Part shown: positions 10,331 through 20,873 of the stretch, piece by piece
Position numbering within the stretch: the first letter of the stretch is position 1
Layout of the letters: every line of letters begins with the position of its first letter
From: a virus
Virus record (IMG/VR): IMGVR_UViG_3300027816_000098
Span: 2,561 to 66,560 of that record
Length of the DNA: 64,000 nucleotides
Reading direction: 5' to 3' (one strand)
Program-made: the position numbers and the translations under genes
Notes under the pieces: generated by a model
The model's input: the letters and a program-made list of their open reading frames with translations, nothing else
Told to the model about the DNA's origin: nothing
Databases searched by the model: none

Positions 10331-10876
10331 TCACCACGTTTCTTCTGTCCATACGGGGATAAATTCCCCGCTTTTTGTTTTGGTATATAACATTATAGCG
10401 TCTCCAAGTAAAGAACGCAAGTCCTTTTCTGTTGGTACATCAAACCTAGGAGTCACCCTTCCATCTTTTCTTGGTCTTCCTTTATGTATTGTAGCAATAA
10501 TATCTCTAATTGTAAAGATATCATCTTCTGAATAATAAGCATATTGTCTAAATATTCTTTTACCGCCTATTACAGCACCAGTTGGTGGCATAACTAATTC
10601 TTTTTTAATCCATCTTTCAAGTTGCATCCTTGATCTATTAAAGATCCTCATAGTATTTTTTACAGTATATGCTCTTTTTCTATGTTTTTTAAAATCAGAA
10701 TACAGCATTGTTTGCTCTTTATCTTGGATAAAATTATATAAAACACATATATTGTTAGCCTTATTTACATGTATTAATCTTACTATTTCTTTATTAAGAA
10801 AAAATATTGTAGAACTTGGTTTTACAGGCTGTTGCCAGTTATCTTTAACCTGGCCTTCTCTACCTTCATTATCCAT
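10331..10876 (-). CDS. Putative DNA-binding protein (MerR/excisionase-like winged helix)
   Basis: YTVKNTMRIFNRSRMQLERWIKK...YYSEDDI pattern and a basic GRPRKDG hook. Confidence 0.65.
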   Translation of the reverse strand: MDNEGREGQVKDNWQQPVKPSSTIFFLNKEIVRLIHVNKANNICVLYNFIQDKEQTMLYSDFKKHRKRAYTVKNTMRIFNRSRMQLERWIKKELVMPPTGAVIGGKRIFRQYAYYSEDDIFTIRDIIATIHKGRPRKDGRVTPRFDVPTEKDLRSLLGDAIMLYTKTKSGEFIPVWTEETW

Positions 10877-11040
10877 CTTGCAACTTCTCCATGTTTATCT
10901 GGATGATTATACATCTCTCTTTTGCCACATACAAGGCAGTACAACTCAAGGTGATCGTATGAAAGAAATACTCTGTCAACAAGCATCCTTCCATTACATT
11001 TAGTACATCTTAATTCTTTTTCATTTACTATATGTGCCAT
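10822..11040 (-). CDS. Zinc-ribbon protein
   Basis: CTKCNGRM...YCLVCGK. Confidence 0.7.
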   Translation of the reverse strand: MAHIVNEKELRCTKCNGRMLVDRVFLSYDHLELYCLVCGKREMYNHPDKHGEVARWIMKVEKARLKITGNSL

Positions 11041-11061
11041 GGTTCAAAAGTATATCATATC

Positions 11062-11484
11062 TTAGTTAGGTATACCGATTGCTATTAAGTTAACTCTTAG
11101 GTCTACTTTACCACTAGAGTTAAATCTTACTACCACGGTTGCACTGGATGTTGTAATGTTTCTAAGTGTAAAAATAACATCATCTCCAGGTGTTGAACCA
11201 GATCGGTTAAATATTGATGCTGTTACTACTGGTGTAAACTTAAATCTAGGGAATGTAAAGGTAACGCTATCTGTAGCATTGGCCTTTGCTTCAGTGGTTG
11301 TTAAAGCCAACTCTTCTGCATAAAACTTAATATTGCTGGTAGTGTCGCTATTTGCATTGACTGTAGAAACAGATGTATTTCTAATTGCTATTCTATTTTC
11401 AATAGAATTTATCTGGCTAACCATTTCATAGATATAATTAACATCTAATGGTTGACCACGTTCAGGTAGTGATATTGCTGCCAT
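11062..11484 (-). CDS. Tail-associated protein with H-type-lectin-like beta-sandwich
   Basis: TFPRFKFTPVVTAS...ITTSSATV...NLIAIG pattern; last gene of the tail module. Confidence 0.6.
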   Translation of the reverse strand: MAAISLPERGQPLDVNYIYEMVSQINSIENRIAIRNTSVSTVNANSDTTSNIKFYAEELALTTTEAKANATDSVTFTFPRFKFTPVVTASIFNRSGSTPGDDVIFTLRNITTSSATVVVRFNSSGKVDLRVNLIAIGIPN

Positions 11485-11504
11485 AATACCTCCAGTATAC
11501 CATG

Positions 11505-13568
11505 TTAGGCGTTAGTTGTGCTTGTTACAGCACTACTGCTATCATTAAAAACATTTGTTGCTGCTGAGCCATAGTGGTTTCCAAAAGCCCTCATGCCGCT
11601 ACATGTGCCAGTAATTAAAATTCCATTTAGGGCTATATTAGATCCTTCTTTAAATCCTCTATTGGCAATTATAGAACTATTGGTTACGGAATCATTAAAA
11701 TATATATGATTATGTGTATTAGTTGTAACTTGACTTGGATCTTTGGTTATATTGTTTGCAACCATAATAGCAGAGGAGTTAGTTCTAACATCTATAGAAT
11801 CTTGAGATGTATCTTCTACCCTGTTATTTGCAATAACTCCGTCAACAACAGTAACAAACAATATTCCATCTCCAAGGTTAGACCCTGTTCTTGTTACATT
11901 TTTTATTTGATTTCCAGTTACAATTGCACCGTCTGTATTCCAAAAAGCAATTGCATTAGTTCCATTTGTGTCAAGTATAAGATTGTTAGATACTGTTATA
12001 TTTTGACTTTGTTGAGGTACTGTTTGTGTTGTAGTAGTGTGATTTGCTCCACCATCCAATCCAATAGTAATGCCACCATAACAAGACTGTATTGTATTTG
12101 AATCAATAATTAAATTTTTATAAACTACATAAGTTCTAATTGCATACTCAGTTAAAGAGTCAAAATGATTTTTTGTTATCTTAGTATTGGTATGATAAAA
12201 TCCAGCGGTATAAGAATGACTTCCTACCCCTGTTGGCCAAGCAGTTGTTCCACTAGTACCAGATGGACCAAAATAACAATTTTCAATTACAACATCTTCA
12301 CACGAAGTATTATCATAAGAACCAAAAGCACCAAATACTGCTGAACTTTTAGCAAGATCAATCTGTATTGCCTCAGAGTATCCTCTACTTCCAGTATCAA
12401 CAAAACCAATAAGTCTGCAGTTTGATATTCTTACATTCTTACTTGAGTTAATTTCTATTGCGTGAAAACCTGCTGTATCTTTTACTGTTAAATCTTGAAT
12501 TATAATATTTTGTCCGTGACCAATACTAATACCCATAGCAGGTGTTACTGGATAAGATGGTCCTTTATTATCCCATATTCCACCAATAATTTTAATATTA
12601 CCTTGTCCATTATAGCCACTATATGATGCACCAGCCAAGCCATTAATAATTAAATTTGATGTATGGTTTCTGCTTAATGTTGCTTTTTGAGAAGATAATA
12701 AAGTTGTACCTTCGTATATTTCAAGTCTGCTTCCTAAATTATAAGTTCCAGTTGGAATATATACTATGCCACCACCAGCATCTCTTGCGGCATATAAAGC
12801 ATTTTGAATTTTTGTTGCAGAATCTGCCTCTCCTGAAACAACTCCATAATCTCTCACAACATCATAAAAATTAGTTTGTGCTGATGCACCACTTGGTAGA
12901 TTTGCTGTAAGTAGCACCCTATTATTAGCATCATCATAAGTTGCTGTTAATCTAGTGTGAAAAGCATGATCAAACAATTGTGCTGCCGCATCTTGAATTG
13001 TTTCTGTAGGTACTGCTGCTGATGCAGTTGAGGTAAGCAATACCCTGTTATTTGCATCGTCATAAGATGCAGTTACGTTTGTATGAAAAGCGTGATTAAG
13101 AAGTGGTGCTGCAGCATCTTGTATATCTTCTGTTGTTGGATTTGCTACAGTTGTTAACAATACTCTGTTGTTAGCATCATCATATGAAGCAGTAATGTTT
13201 GTATGAAAAGCGTGATCTAATAATGGTGCAGCAGCGTCTTGGACTTGTTCTGTGCTAACCGACCCAGAGCCACCACCGCCTGTAATCAATACTCCATTTA
13301 CAGTTAACGTGCTTCCAACCACCAAGTTTCCTGATATAGATCCACTGCTAGCGTTAATAGTTCCTAAATTTAAAGTTTTTCCTTGTAAAACTGTTGTTAT
13401 TGGAGCATTGATATATTCACTAGATGCTGCTACGTACCTAAATATATCATCTGCTTGTGGGCTTGCAGAGGTGATGCCACCAACCGCATCAATTGTAAAA
13501 TTGTTATCAAGTAAATTTGTCCACTCACTTGTTTCCGTATTAAATACTTTAGGATATGAACCTGTCAT
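11505..13568 (-). CDS. Tailspike / polysaccharide depolymerase (right-handed beta-helix)
   Basis: VRDYGVVSG..DSATKIQNAL...GGGIVYIPTGTY pectate-lyase-3-like start, followed by parallel beta-helix repeats and EAIQID; repeated N-terminal stalk. Confidence 0.85.
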   Translation of the reverse strand: MTGSYPKVFNTETSEWTNLLDNNFTIDAVGGITSASPQADDIFRYVAASSEYINAPITTVLQGKTLNLGTINASSGSISGNLVVGSTLTVNGVLITGGGGSGSVSTEQVQDAAAPLLDHAFHTNITASYDDANNRVLLTTVANPTTEDIQDAAAPLLNHAFHTNVTASYDDANNRVLLTSTASAAVPTETIQDAAAQLFDHAFHTRLTATYDDANNRVLLTANLPSGASAQTNFYDVVRDYGVVSGEADSATKIQNALYAARDAGGGIVYIPTGTYNLGSRLEIYEGTTLLSSQKATLSRNHTSNLIINGLAGASYSGYNGQGNIKIIGGIWDNKGPSYPVTPAMGISIGHGQNIIIQDLTVKDTAGFHAIEINSSKNVRISNCRLIGFVDTGSRGYSEAIQIDLAKSSAVFGAFGSYDNTSCEDVVIENCYFGPSGTSGTTAWPTGVGSHSYTAGFYHTNTKITKNHFDSLTEYAIRTYVVYKNLIIDSNTIQSCYGGITIGLDGGANHTTTTQTVPQQSQNITVSNNLILDTNGTNAIAFWNTDGAIVTGNQIKNVTRTGSNLGDGILFVTVVDGVIANNRVEDTSQDSIDVRTNSSAIMVANNITKDPSQVTTNTHNHIYFNDSVTNSSIIANRGFKEGSNIALNGILITGTCSGMRAFGNHYGSAATNVFNDSSSAVTSTTNA
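12905..13255 (-). repeat. Three tandem ~40-aa repeats (TExIQDAAAxLxxHAFHTxxTAxYDDANNRVLLT)
   Basis: Visible in both protein and DNA at 120-nt spacing. Confidence 0.9.
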
Positions 13569-14035
13569 AAATCTATCAGTCCTGTATCAAAGACCCCAAA
13601 AAGTTGTTTTAAAGCAATTGAAGTTATTGGTGGACTTGGATGTGTTGGAAGTTGTCCATAAACTCTAATTTTTGTAGTTGTATTACTATATACAGTAACA
13701 GAGTTAGTGTTAACTCTAGAATAAAATTTTAAACCTTGCCCATCATTTTCATCTACAAATATATCATAAACATTTAGATTTGCTGACCCAGATACGGCAG
13801 CAATAGTTTCAATATATGGTGTCCACTTTACTTCATATGGCCCACCTTGTGTTAAAACAGTTAAATCGGCAGCAACCAATCCGTTACTTTTTTGCCCAGT
13901 GCTTTCTACCCTAAAAAGTTTAGACCACTCCGAGATACTACCTTTGTCCTCTGTTGCTATTCTAAATCTAACAACATGGGTTCCATCTCTATTTGGAGGA
14001 GGTAGTTGTGATAATGGAATTATTACTTTAGCCAC
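13565..14035 (-). CDS. Minor tail/baseplate protein
   Basis: Beta-rich 156-aa ORF coupled within the tail operon. Confidence 0.6.
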   Translation of the reverse strand: MAKVIIPLSQLPPPNRDGTHVVRFRIATEDKGSISEWSKLFRVESTGQKSNGLVAADLTVLTQGGPYEVKWTPYIETIAAVSGSANLNVYDIFVDENDGQGLKFYSRVNTNSVTVYSNTTTKIRVYGQLPTHPSPPITSIALKQLFGVFDTGLIDL

Positions 14036-15189
14036 TAAGATGTCACTCCTATGCCAAATCTATATTCAATATAGTTGTTAGTATTTTCTTCTTTTAAGAT
14101 TGGTTGTGCATCATCTGTTTTAATAACATCATATCCTACTAATGCATATAAAGGATTAATAGTAGAGACATTGTCTATTCTTAATCCATCATAAACGACT
14201 AGATAGTTATCTGTTGGTACACCCCCAACTAAAACAGATGTGTACATTCTAATTCCATTAATATTTGAAAATGTAAAGTTAGAATCTCTTTCGAAGTCTG
14301 ATAAAGACTTTGTTACAATAATATATCTATTTGGATTAGAACTTATTTGAAAATCTGCTGCAGATAGTATTATGCTTAATGTTGCTTTTGGAGATGTTCC
14401 TGGAGTTGTTGTTCCGTTTGTAAACTCTAAAAGAATTCTAACTGAGTCTGGTGCTGTATTTACTGATGCAGTTCTACTCAATAAACCTAATGCAAGTTTT
14501 AGTTGATCTGTTGTAATGTTTTGACTAAAATCAAAATTAATTTCATTATTTTCAACATATGCAGCACTACTTGTTGCTACAAGTTTGCTAGAGTCTAAAG
14601 GGTTTAAAGTTAAATATGAACTACTTCCACTAACCATAAGAGCACGATTTAATAATCTTGGCTGCTCATATCTTGCTGATCTCAATGATGTATCAAATAT
14701 GCTTGAGTCAGAGTTAATAAACTGTGCTTTTGTAGTTGTGGTAATATCGTTAGTTACAACACTGCCACTTGCAAAGTTTACAACTCCATCTGGTTCAAAA
14801 AGCACTGCAGATGCTGATCCATTATTTACATATGACCATGTTTCTGCTGGCGTATAGGTAATCAAAAGTCTACTATCATACTTTCCCGCTGTAACGTTTG
14901 TTGCCGCTGGATATACCCCAACTTCTGAAATTAAATATCTTTGAGTTGTAGGCATTTGTGCTTTAAATACTATTTTTTCTGTTCCATCATCTTCTCTTAC
15001 AAAACCTTTTGCAATGATTGGCTCTCTAAAAACTTCAAAATCTAATACTTGTGCAGATGGTGAGACAGTGGCCTCTACCCCAGTTAATTCTGGCTTTCTA
15101 CCAGTTCCAGCAGCAATATATGTAGCAAATGCTGGTGCCTGATCTAAAAGATACTTTGCAATAATTTCTTTTCCATTTGTTGTAATCAA
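14035..15189 (-). CDS. Minor tail/baseplate protein
   Basis: MITTNGKEIIAKYL...IAAGTG...ISEVGVY, resembling tail-fibre-anchor/baseplate N-termini. Confidence 0.7.
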   Translation of the reverse strand: MITTNGKEIIAKYLLDQAPAFATYIAAGTGRKPELTGVEATVSPSAQVLDFEVFREPIIAKGFVREDDGTEKIVFKAQMPTTQRYLISEVGVYPAATNVTAGKYDSRLLITYTPAETWSYVNNGSASAVLFEPDGVVNFASGSVVTNDITTTTKAQFINSDSSIFDTSLRSARYEQPRLLNRALMVSGSSSYLTLNPLDSSKLVATSSAAYVENNEINFDFSQNITTDQLKLALGLLSRTASVNTAPDSVRILLEFTNGTTTPGTSPKATLSIILSAADFQISSNPNRYIIVTKSLSDFERDSNFTFSNINGIRMYTSVLVGGVPTDNYLVVYDGLRIDNVSTINPLYALVGYDVIKTDDAQPILKEENTNNYIEYRFGIGVTS

Positions 15190-15190
15190 A

Positions 15191-15919
15191 TTAGTTCACC
15201 TCGTATATTGTACCATTAGAATCGATTTGGACCTCTACTACTTCTTTATCCCTCATATTAACTACCTCAATGATTAGATTTCCACTTTCATCTATATATA
15301 CATAGTCTGTTAGTCCAAGGGCTTCTAAATATTCATCACTAGGTATTTTATTATTTAAATTAATAGAGTTACTTATAAAAGTAGAATCAGATGTTTGTAC
15401 AGATATTAATTCATCAGGGTTAAACTTTCTTCTTATATCAGATAGATTGGATATAATATTATATGATGGATTATTTCCCTCTACCGTGTCGTGTCTGACA
15501 AACTTTACTAACTCATTAGCACCTATGTTTTCAAACAATAAGTTTTCTATGGTCTTAGCATCTAATTCTTCTGTTGCTAGATTAACCACGTCTCTTTCTG
15601 GAACCATTACTGGTGGTGGCGTAAATGAAAAATCTCCTGTATCTGGTGGTGGTAACGCTGGACCTGGATCTGGTGGCAATACCGTATCGCCTCCCCCTTG
15701 CTTCCCCCTTTTCTTTCTTTTTTTATCTACTCCAATTGGAGCCCTAAATGGCTTTGTGTATGAATAAGCAAATAAATTATTTGTAGATGTTCCAGGCTTT
15801 CTAGTTCCCTGTATTCCAGTATTGGCTTTTTTAACAGCCTCTGCTAACTTCTGTACTTTTGGACTACTGGATGGAGAGGCTTTTCCTCCTCCACCTTTAC
15901 CTGCTGCTGGTTTTGCCAT
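15191..15919 (-). CDS. Minor tail protein with basic, Pro-rich disordered N-terminus
   Basis: Position in tail operon; KKRKKRGK and PPPDPGP low-complexity segment. Confidence 0.6.
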   Translation of the reverse strand: MAKPAAGKGGGGKASPSSSPKVQKLAEAVKKANTGIQGTRKPGTSTNNLFAYSYTKPFRAPIGVDKKRKKRGKQGGGDTVLPPDPGPALPPPDTGDFSFTPPPVMVPERDVVNLATEELDAKTIENLLFENIGANELVKFVRHDTVEGNNPSYNIISNLSDIRRKFNPDELISVQTSDSTFISNSINLNNKIPSDEYLEALGLTDYVYIDESGNLIIEVVNMRDKEVVEVQIDSNGTIYEVN

Positions 15920-18900
15920 TATGCTTCCACCATCCTTAATCTATTTCTAATTCCACTTGCTGATCTAGAATAAAATATTTCTGTTACAACAAACTTTTTA
16001 TCTATATCTACAAAAATAGTTCCTTCTTGATTATTTTGTTCTGGGAATCTATAGTTTACTGTCAATAAATCTCCAAGTTGTATATGAGGTGTCCCAAATG
16101 TTTCAATATACATATTTTTTCTAGGTCTTATAGTTTTTTTAACCATCCACTCCATTATATCGCGTGCTTGATCATAACTTTGAATATATGGAGACTCTAA
16201 TGTAAATGACCTATCTCCGTATTTAGATCTGCTTGACTTAACGTTTTGATATGTTTTTTCTGATACTTGTGGAGAAACTATAACATTGTTAACTACCACT
16301 GGATCGCTAAAGTTTGACAAGTCTTTAAAGTAGTCGTCTACGTTTAATACACCAGATGTATTTTGAGTAAAGGTTACTCCTATAATTCTTAAATAACTTC
16401 CAGATGTTTCATCTAGAACAATAGCCTTATCTGTATTATTGAACACCAAAAATTCAGCACCGTATGATCCAGCCCTAAATCCAGAAGCGGTATATGTTCT
16501 TTCGCTATTAAATGTAGGTGCTAAGAATGCTAAAAATGCTGGGTATGCTTTGTCATATTTAACATTAAAGTATGCACATTCTCTAAATATAGTTCCAAAC
16601 TCATCAAAATATATAGAATACTTTGGACCACTATTAGGGTTAATTCCAGATAGATATGTTGACTGAACTATTCCAGACATAGCATATGTTCTAAGAGCGT
16701 CAGATGATAGTATTTCCTTGCTAGAAAATGGTTTACTTGTACTATTGACTACAGATACACTACTTTCTTTACTTTGCAAATTTTTAAGTGCATAAACATT
16801 ATCAAACATACACTTTGAAGGACCTCTAGTAAATAATGCTATGTTGTTATATAAAGGCAAAGGAGAAGTGTCATCTACAGTAGATATTAATATATTGTTT
16901 ATATATAGATAGAATCTTCTAGTATCTCCAATGTTTTCATATTCTACAGATAGATCATATACAGTTGGATTTGTTTGATTTGCTACCCTGTCGTTTCCAA
17001 CAAACCTACCTTCATCTACTAATATCTTTGTTAGCCCACCCCATAATTTATACGGAACTGCTACTGTTGTGTTGTTTACTGTACCAGGCTGTACTTTATA
17101 AAATATAACATTATGAACTACGCTTGTAGTTGCACCAGTTGTAGCGTCTGCTGTTGTATATCTTTCTAAGTTATCTCCAGTTAGAGATACAATTTCAAAA
17201 TAGTATCCACATCCAGTTGATGAGTTTAGTAATACAGCAATTCCTCCAGAGCCACCTTCAATCTTAGGAGTATCGTTTGCTGTCAAAGGCTCTACGGTAT
17301 AATAGTCTACAGCATTTTGTGGTGTTAAAATTTTATCTCCATAGATAGACTTTCCAATAATTCTCATTCTAGTTCCAAAATGTTTAAAGTCATTATTCAT
17401 TTCTTTATATACATATGTAACAAAATCTCTTTTTTCAATATTTGTTGGTAAAGGTGTTGGCCCAGTAAATACTAAGGCTGAAGACTGAATAGTTCCAGCA
17501 GTTGTAGTTTTATAATCTTTTAATACATCATCAGATGGTATTGATTGACGCATAAAATTAGCAATAATACTAGTTCTTGTTGAAGATAGTGCGGTTGTAT
17601 TATCCATACCAACGCCTGCTAAGTTTAAACTTTGTTTTGGTGGAAAAGATATAGAGTTTGTAGGGGTTGTTGTAAATATATAATTTGATGACATTTTAAT
17701 GCCACGAACATTTGCGTTGTCAGTCCAGTAAGAAGATAATCCAGCAGTATGCTCTGTTATAGTTGTACCAAATTGTGCTCTTCCGTGTGACTTTACTTCT
17801 CCATTTTTATATGTTACTCCTGGATCTAGTCCAACAACACTTGCTGATGCTAAGTTAACATAGTATGGTTCTGAGTAAATTCTAACATTTCCAGTAGGAT
17901 ACATTTTTCCATTGAATGGCAACTCTGCAAAATATTTTTGATATTCTTGATTACTTGTTATCCAAAATGTTCCTTGTCCTGGTATTGTGTATTCAACTGC
18001 ATCATATCTAATAATTTCACCGTTAGCATATAGATAGCCTTGAAATCTAGGTAGCCAATATACATTTTCTCCTAGGTCTATAATATTATTCACAACAAGA
18101 TTGCTTTCTACGCTTGGGGGCTGGTCGTTAAGAGTTGTATTTAAAGCAACGGCTCCTAAAGAAAATCCAGTACTTTTTGATTGTTCGTTAATAGTTTTGG
18201 TTGCAATGTCATTTCCAACTTCCCAAAGCAAAACTGGCTTGTAGATATATGTTCTATCCTCATCTATTTTAGTTGCTTGAGAAAGTGATGCTGGTGATCT
18301 TTGTATGTATCTAGTAACATAATTAATTTTTCCATTATTTAAAATTTTTGTATCTACACCCTCTATTTGAATTATGTTTGGCAAAACTGATCCAGAAGAG
18401 GCTGCAGTTCTTTGTCCATAAAGTGTGTAGTCTACTGCTCTGTCTGCAGTGTCTGGAAGTAGGTAGTCTTTTGTCATAATCACAAAATCATTGTTTTCGT
18501 CAAAGAACATTGCTGTTTGTGTTGATATAGATAATCTTTCTAATACCTCTGCAACGGATGCATCTGTTTCTACAAAAAAGAAAGGTATTACTGGATCATT
18601 CTTTGTTGTAATGTTTCTAAATATATAATTGCTAAAGCCAATGCTGTCTAAAAGAACTGCTACTGCCTTTGTTAGTGTAGTATTATTTAATAGTATTGAT
18701 GGTGCTGTCGCTGTTTCAAATCTAAAATAACTATCTCTAAGTGGAACATTAACATCAAAGAGTCCTCCAACAACTACGGGAAATTCTTCTGAATATAATG
18801 TTTTTATAGGTATAAATTTATCAAACCCATTAACATCTAATATTGCTTCATAGAAGTCAAACTTTACATTTGGTTTTAGTAATCCTTTAATTAAACTGCT

Positions 18901-20289
18901 GTCATTGTTTTCACTAAATGCTTCATCGTAATTCATTAAGGTAATTTGTCCGTTTGATGCTAATAGTCCACCAACTGGTAATCCAGTATTTGATTTTGCT
19001 AAAGATCTATTTGTTTCAAATGTTGATACATAGTTTGATATATCTGCTTTTAGTCTTGGAGATAATTCTATTAAGTCAAAGGTAGTTTCTGGTCCATACA
19101 TAGTTTCTACTACGACTCTTAAACCTTTAATATATTTTACTTCTCTGTATGTTCTTATACCGTCTATCTCAAAGTACTCTGGGTCAACAAGTGTTCTAAC
19201 CATTCCTATACGTTTTGTATCATCGTCTTCTAATAAAGAAAATCCATATTCTGGAACAGATATGTCCCACGCTGCTCCATCCCAAATATAAAGTTCACCT
19301 GGGTCTGTTGTACTTGATCCAACTAGGTATGCCTCTCCAGCAAGTAGGCCATTTACCAAAAGAGCACTAGAACTTAAATTGTCAACTAAGTTAAAATTAG
19401 TTTTATAATCATCTGGTGCTATTAATCCATAATATAATTCAACATATCCATCATATTTAACTATATTAGTACCGTCTCTTCTTGTGCTATCTTCATCAAA
19501 GTCTATAGCAGTATTCCAGTTATTTGCCTCGTCTAGGTACTGAATAGACCACCTTTTTGGAATACTTGATTTGTTAATGTCTCCTAGTGGATCTTCTACG
19601 CTAACATCATCTAGTCTATTTCTTATAGTGCCTTTAGATGTTTCGGCAAGATTTGTTTGCATCTTTAAAACTATTCTATTAATTGCAAAATTATTTTCAT
19701 ATATAACAAATGGAACGGCATCTTCTATTTCATATCCTATAGCATTTGCTTGAGTCTTATTTGATATACCTCTTTCTTTACTAATAAAATTAGCACTAGC
19801 ATTTGCTTTATATAATTCTCTTCTATATGAATTCCAGTATTTAAATTTATCATATCTAGATGCTAAATAATATCTTGGTCTTCTAGCAGATGTAATATTA
19901 TCTATGTATTTATTATCAAAGAATAATGCTTTATTTATACCCGATCTAGGTCTAAATGGTTGAAAGCATTCTTTTAATGAAAAGTATAAACTTCTATCTA
20001 CTTCTGTATTTGTAAACAATAATGATGCATCGTTGTCATCTACTGCATACTCTGATATCACTTTTGACTCTAATGCGTCTAAGTAAAAATTACCTTCATC
20101 ATTTACATCATATGAAGATACTAAGGCATTATATATTGGTGAAGCAGAATCATTTGGTCTATATCTATAGTTTCCATAATTTTCTATAGACTGTAAATCA
20201 TTTAGATTCCATTCTGCTGTTACTAAAGACTCAACCTTTAAGGTATTTACAGTTTGAAGATGGTCTAATAACTCTTCATCGTTAAACAT
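15919..20289 (-). CDS. Large minor tail (tail tip/hub) protein
   Basis: 1456 aa, two genes after the tape measure; C-terminal GTPHIQLGDLL tail-hub-like motif. Confidence 0.8.
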   Translation of the reverse strand: MFNDEELLDHLQTVNTLKVESLVTAEWNLNDLQSIENYGNYRYRPNDSASPIYNALVSSYDVNDEGNFYLDALESKVISEYAVDDNDASLLFTNTEVDRSLYFSLKECFQPFRPRSGINKALFFDNKYIDNITSARRPRYYLASRYDKFKYWNSYRRELYKANASANFISKERGISNKTQANAIGYEIEDAVPFVIYENNFAINRIVLKMQTNLAETSKGTIRNRLDDVSVEDPLGDINKSSIPKRWSIQYLDEANNWNTAIDFDEDSTRRDGTNIVKYDGYVELYYGLIAPDDYKTNFNLVDNLSSSALLVNGLLAGEAYLVGSSTTDPGELYIWDGAAWDISVPEYGFSLLEDDDTKRIGMVRTLVDPEYFEIDGIRTYREVKYIKGLRVVVETMYGPETTFDLIELSPRLKADISNYVSTFETNRSLAKSNTGLPVGGLLASNGQITLMNYDEAFSENNDSSLIKGLLKPNVKFDFYEAILDVNGFDKFIPIKTLYSEEFPVVVGGLFDVNVPLRDSYFRFETATAPSILLNNTTLTKAVAVLLDSIGFSNYIFRNITTKNDPVIPFFFVETDASVAEVLERLSISTQTAMFFDENNDFVIMTKDYLLPDTADRAVDYTLYGQRTAASSGSVLPNIIQIEGVDTKILNNGKINYVTRYIQRSPASLSQATKIDEDRTYIYKPVLLWEVGNDIATKTINEQSKSTGFSLGAVALNTTLNDQPPSVESNLVVNNIIDLGENVYWLPRFQGYLYANGEIIRYDAVEYTIPGQGTFWITSNQEYQKYFAELPFNGKMYPTGNVRIYSEPYYVNLASASVVGLDPGVTYKNGEVKSHGRAQFGTTITEHTAGLSSYWTDNANVRGIKMSSNYIFTTTPTNSISFPPKQSLNLAGVGMDNTTALSSTRTSIIANFMRQSIPSDDVLKDYKTTTAGTIQSSALVFTGPTPLPTNIEKRDFVTYVYKEMNNDFKHFGTRMRIIGKSIYGDKILTPQNAVDYYTVEPLTANDTPKIEGGSGGIAVLLNSSTGCGYYFEIVSLTGDNLERYTTADATTGATTSVVHNVIFYKVQPGTVNNTTVAVPYKLWGGLTKILVDEGRFVGNDRVANQTNPTVYDLSVEYENIGDTRRFYLYINNILISTVDDTSPLPLYNNIALFTRGPSKCMFDNVYALKNLQSKESSVSVVNSTSKPFSSKEILSSDALRTYAMSGIVQSTYLSGINPNSGPKYSIYFDEFGTIFRECAYFNVKYDKAYPAFLAFLAPTFNSERTYTASGFRAGSYGAEFLVFNNTDKAIVLDETSGSYLRIIGVTFTQNTSGVLNVDDYFKDLSNFSDPVVVNNVIVSPQVSEKTYQNVKSSRSKYGDRSFTLESPYIQSYDQARDIMEWMVKKTIRPRKNMYIETFGTPHIQLGDLLTVNYRFPEQNNQEGTIFVDIDKKFVVTEIFYSRSASGIRNRLRMVEA

Positions 20290-20873
20290 TATACTTCCTC
20301 AACTGATACCGATATGTTCCAAAAATCATGTGTAGTAAATCCTCTTTTAACTACTGAGTAATCAAAGTCAGAGAAATATACTTCTAGAACTTCATTATAT
20401 TGTTGTAAGTGTGCATATGGTGCTGTATCAAATTTATCATATCTATCATAAGCCAAAAGCATAAAGAAAGATCCTTGATGTGCCTCGTACCACTTTACTA
20501 GATCAACTCCACCTGCACCGCCATCTGCTGTATATTCTTCTGCAGAATATGTTTGTATTCCACTAGAGTCAAACCCTGGATCTCCACTAAATGCTCTAGA
20601 AGGAAGCATTTCCCAAGACCAAGAAACATTTGTTTTGTCTGCAATATGATAAGAACGCATTGTTCCAGATATCATTCTTTGTTTATTTTCTATTCTTTGT
20701 TTAGTAAAATTAATCTCACTTCTATTATGGTCTGATAGTATTAAAAAGTCTTCACCTTCGGTATTGCCATCTGGTATAAATAATCCTCCACTAAGGGTAT
20801 ATGAGTCTGCCCATGCAATTGCTTGTGGTCTGGTATATGCAAATCTATTTTGAATATATGTTGAATTAACCAT
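20289..20873 (-). CDS. Distal-tail-like minor tail protein
   Basis: Immediately downstream of the tape measure; ends ISVSVEEV. Confidence 0.7.
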   Translation of the reverse strand: MVNSTYIQNRFAYTRPQAIAWADSYTLSGGLFIPDGNTEGEDFLILSDHNRSEINFTKQRIENKQRMISGTMRSYHIADKTNVSWSWEMLPSRAFSGDPGFDSSGIQTYSAEEYTADGGAGGVDLVKWYEAHQGSFFMLLAYDRYDKFDTAPYAHLQQYNEVLEVYFSDFDYSVVKRGFTTHDFWNISVSVEEV

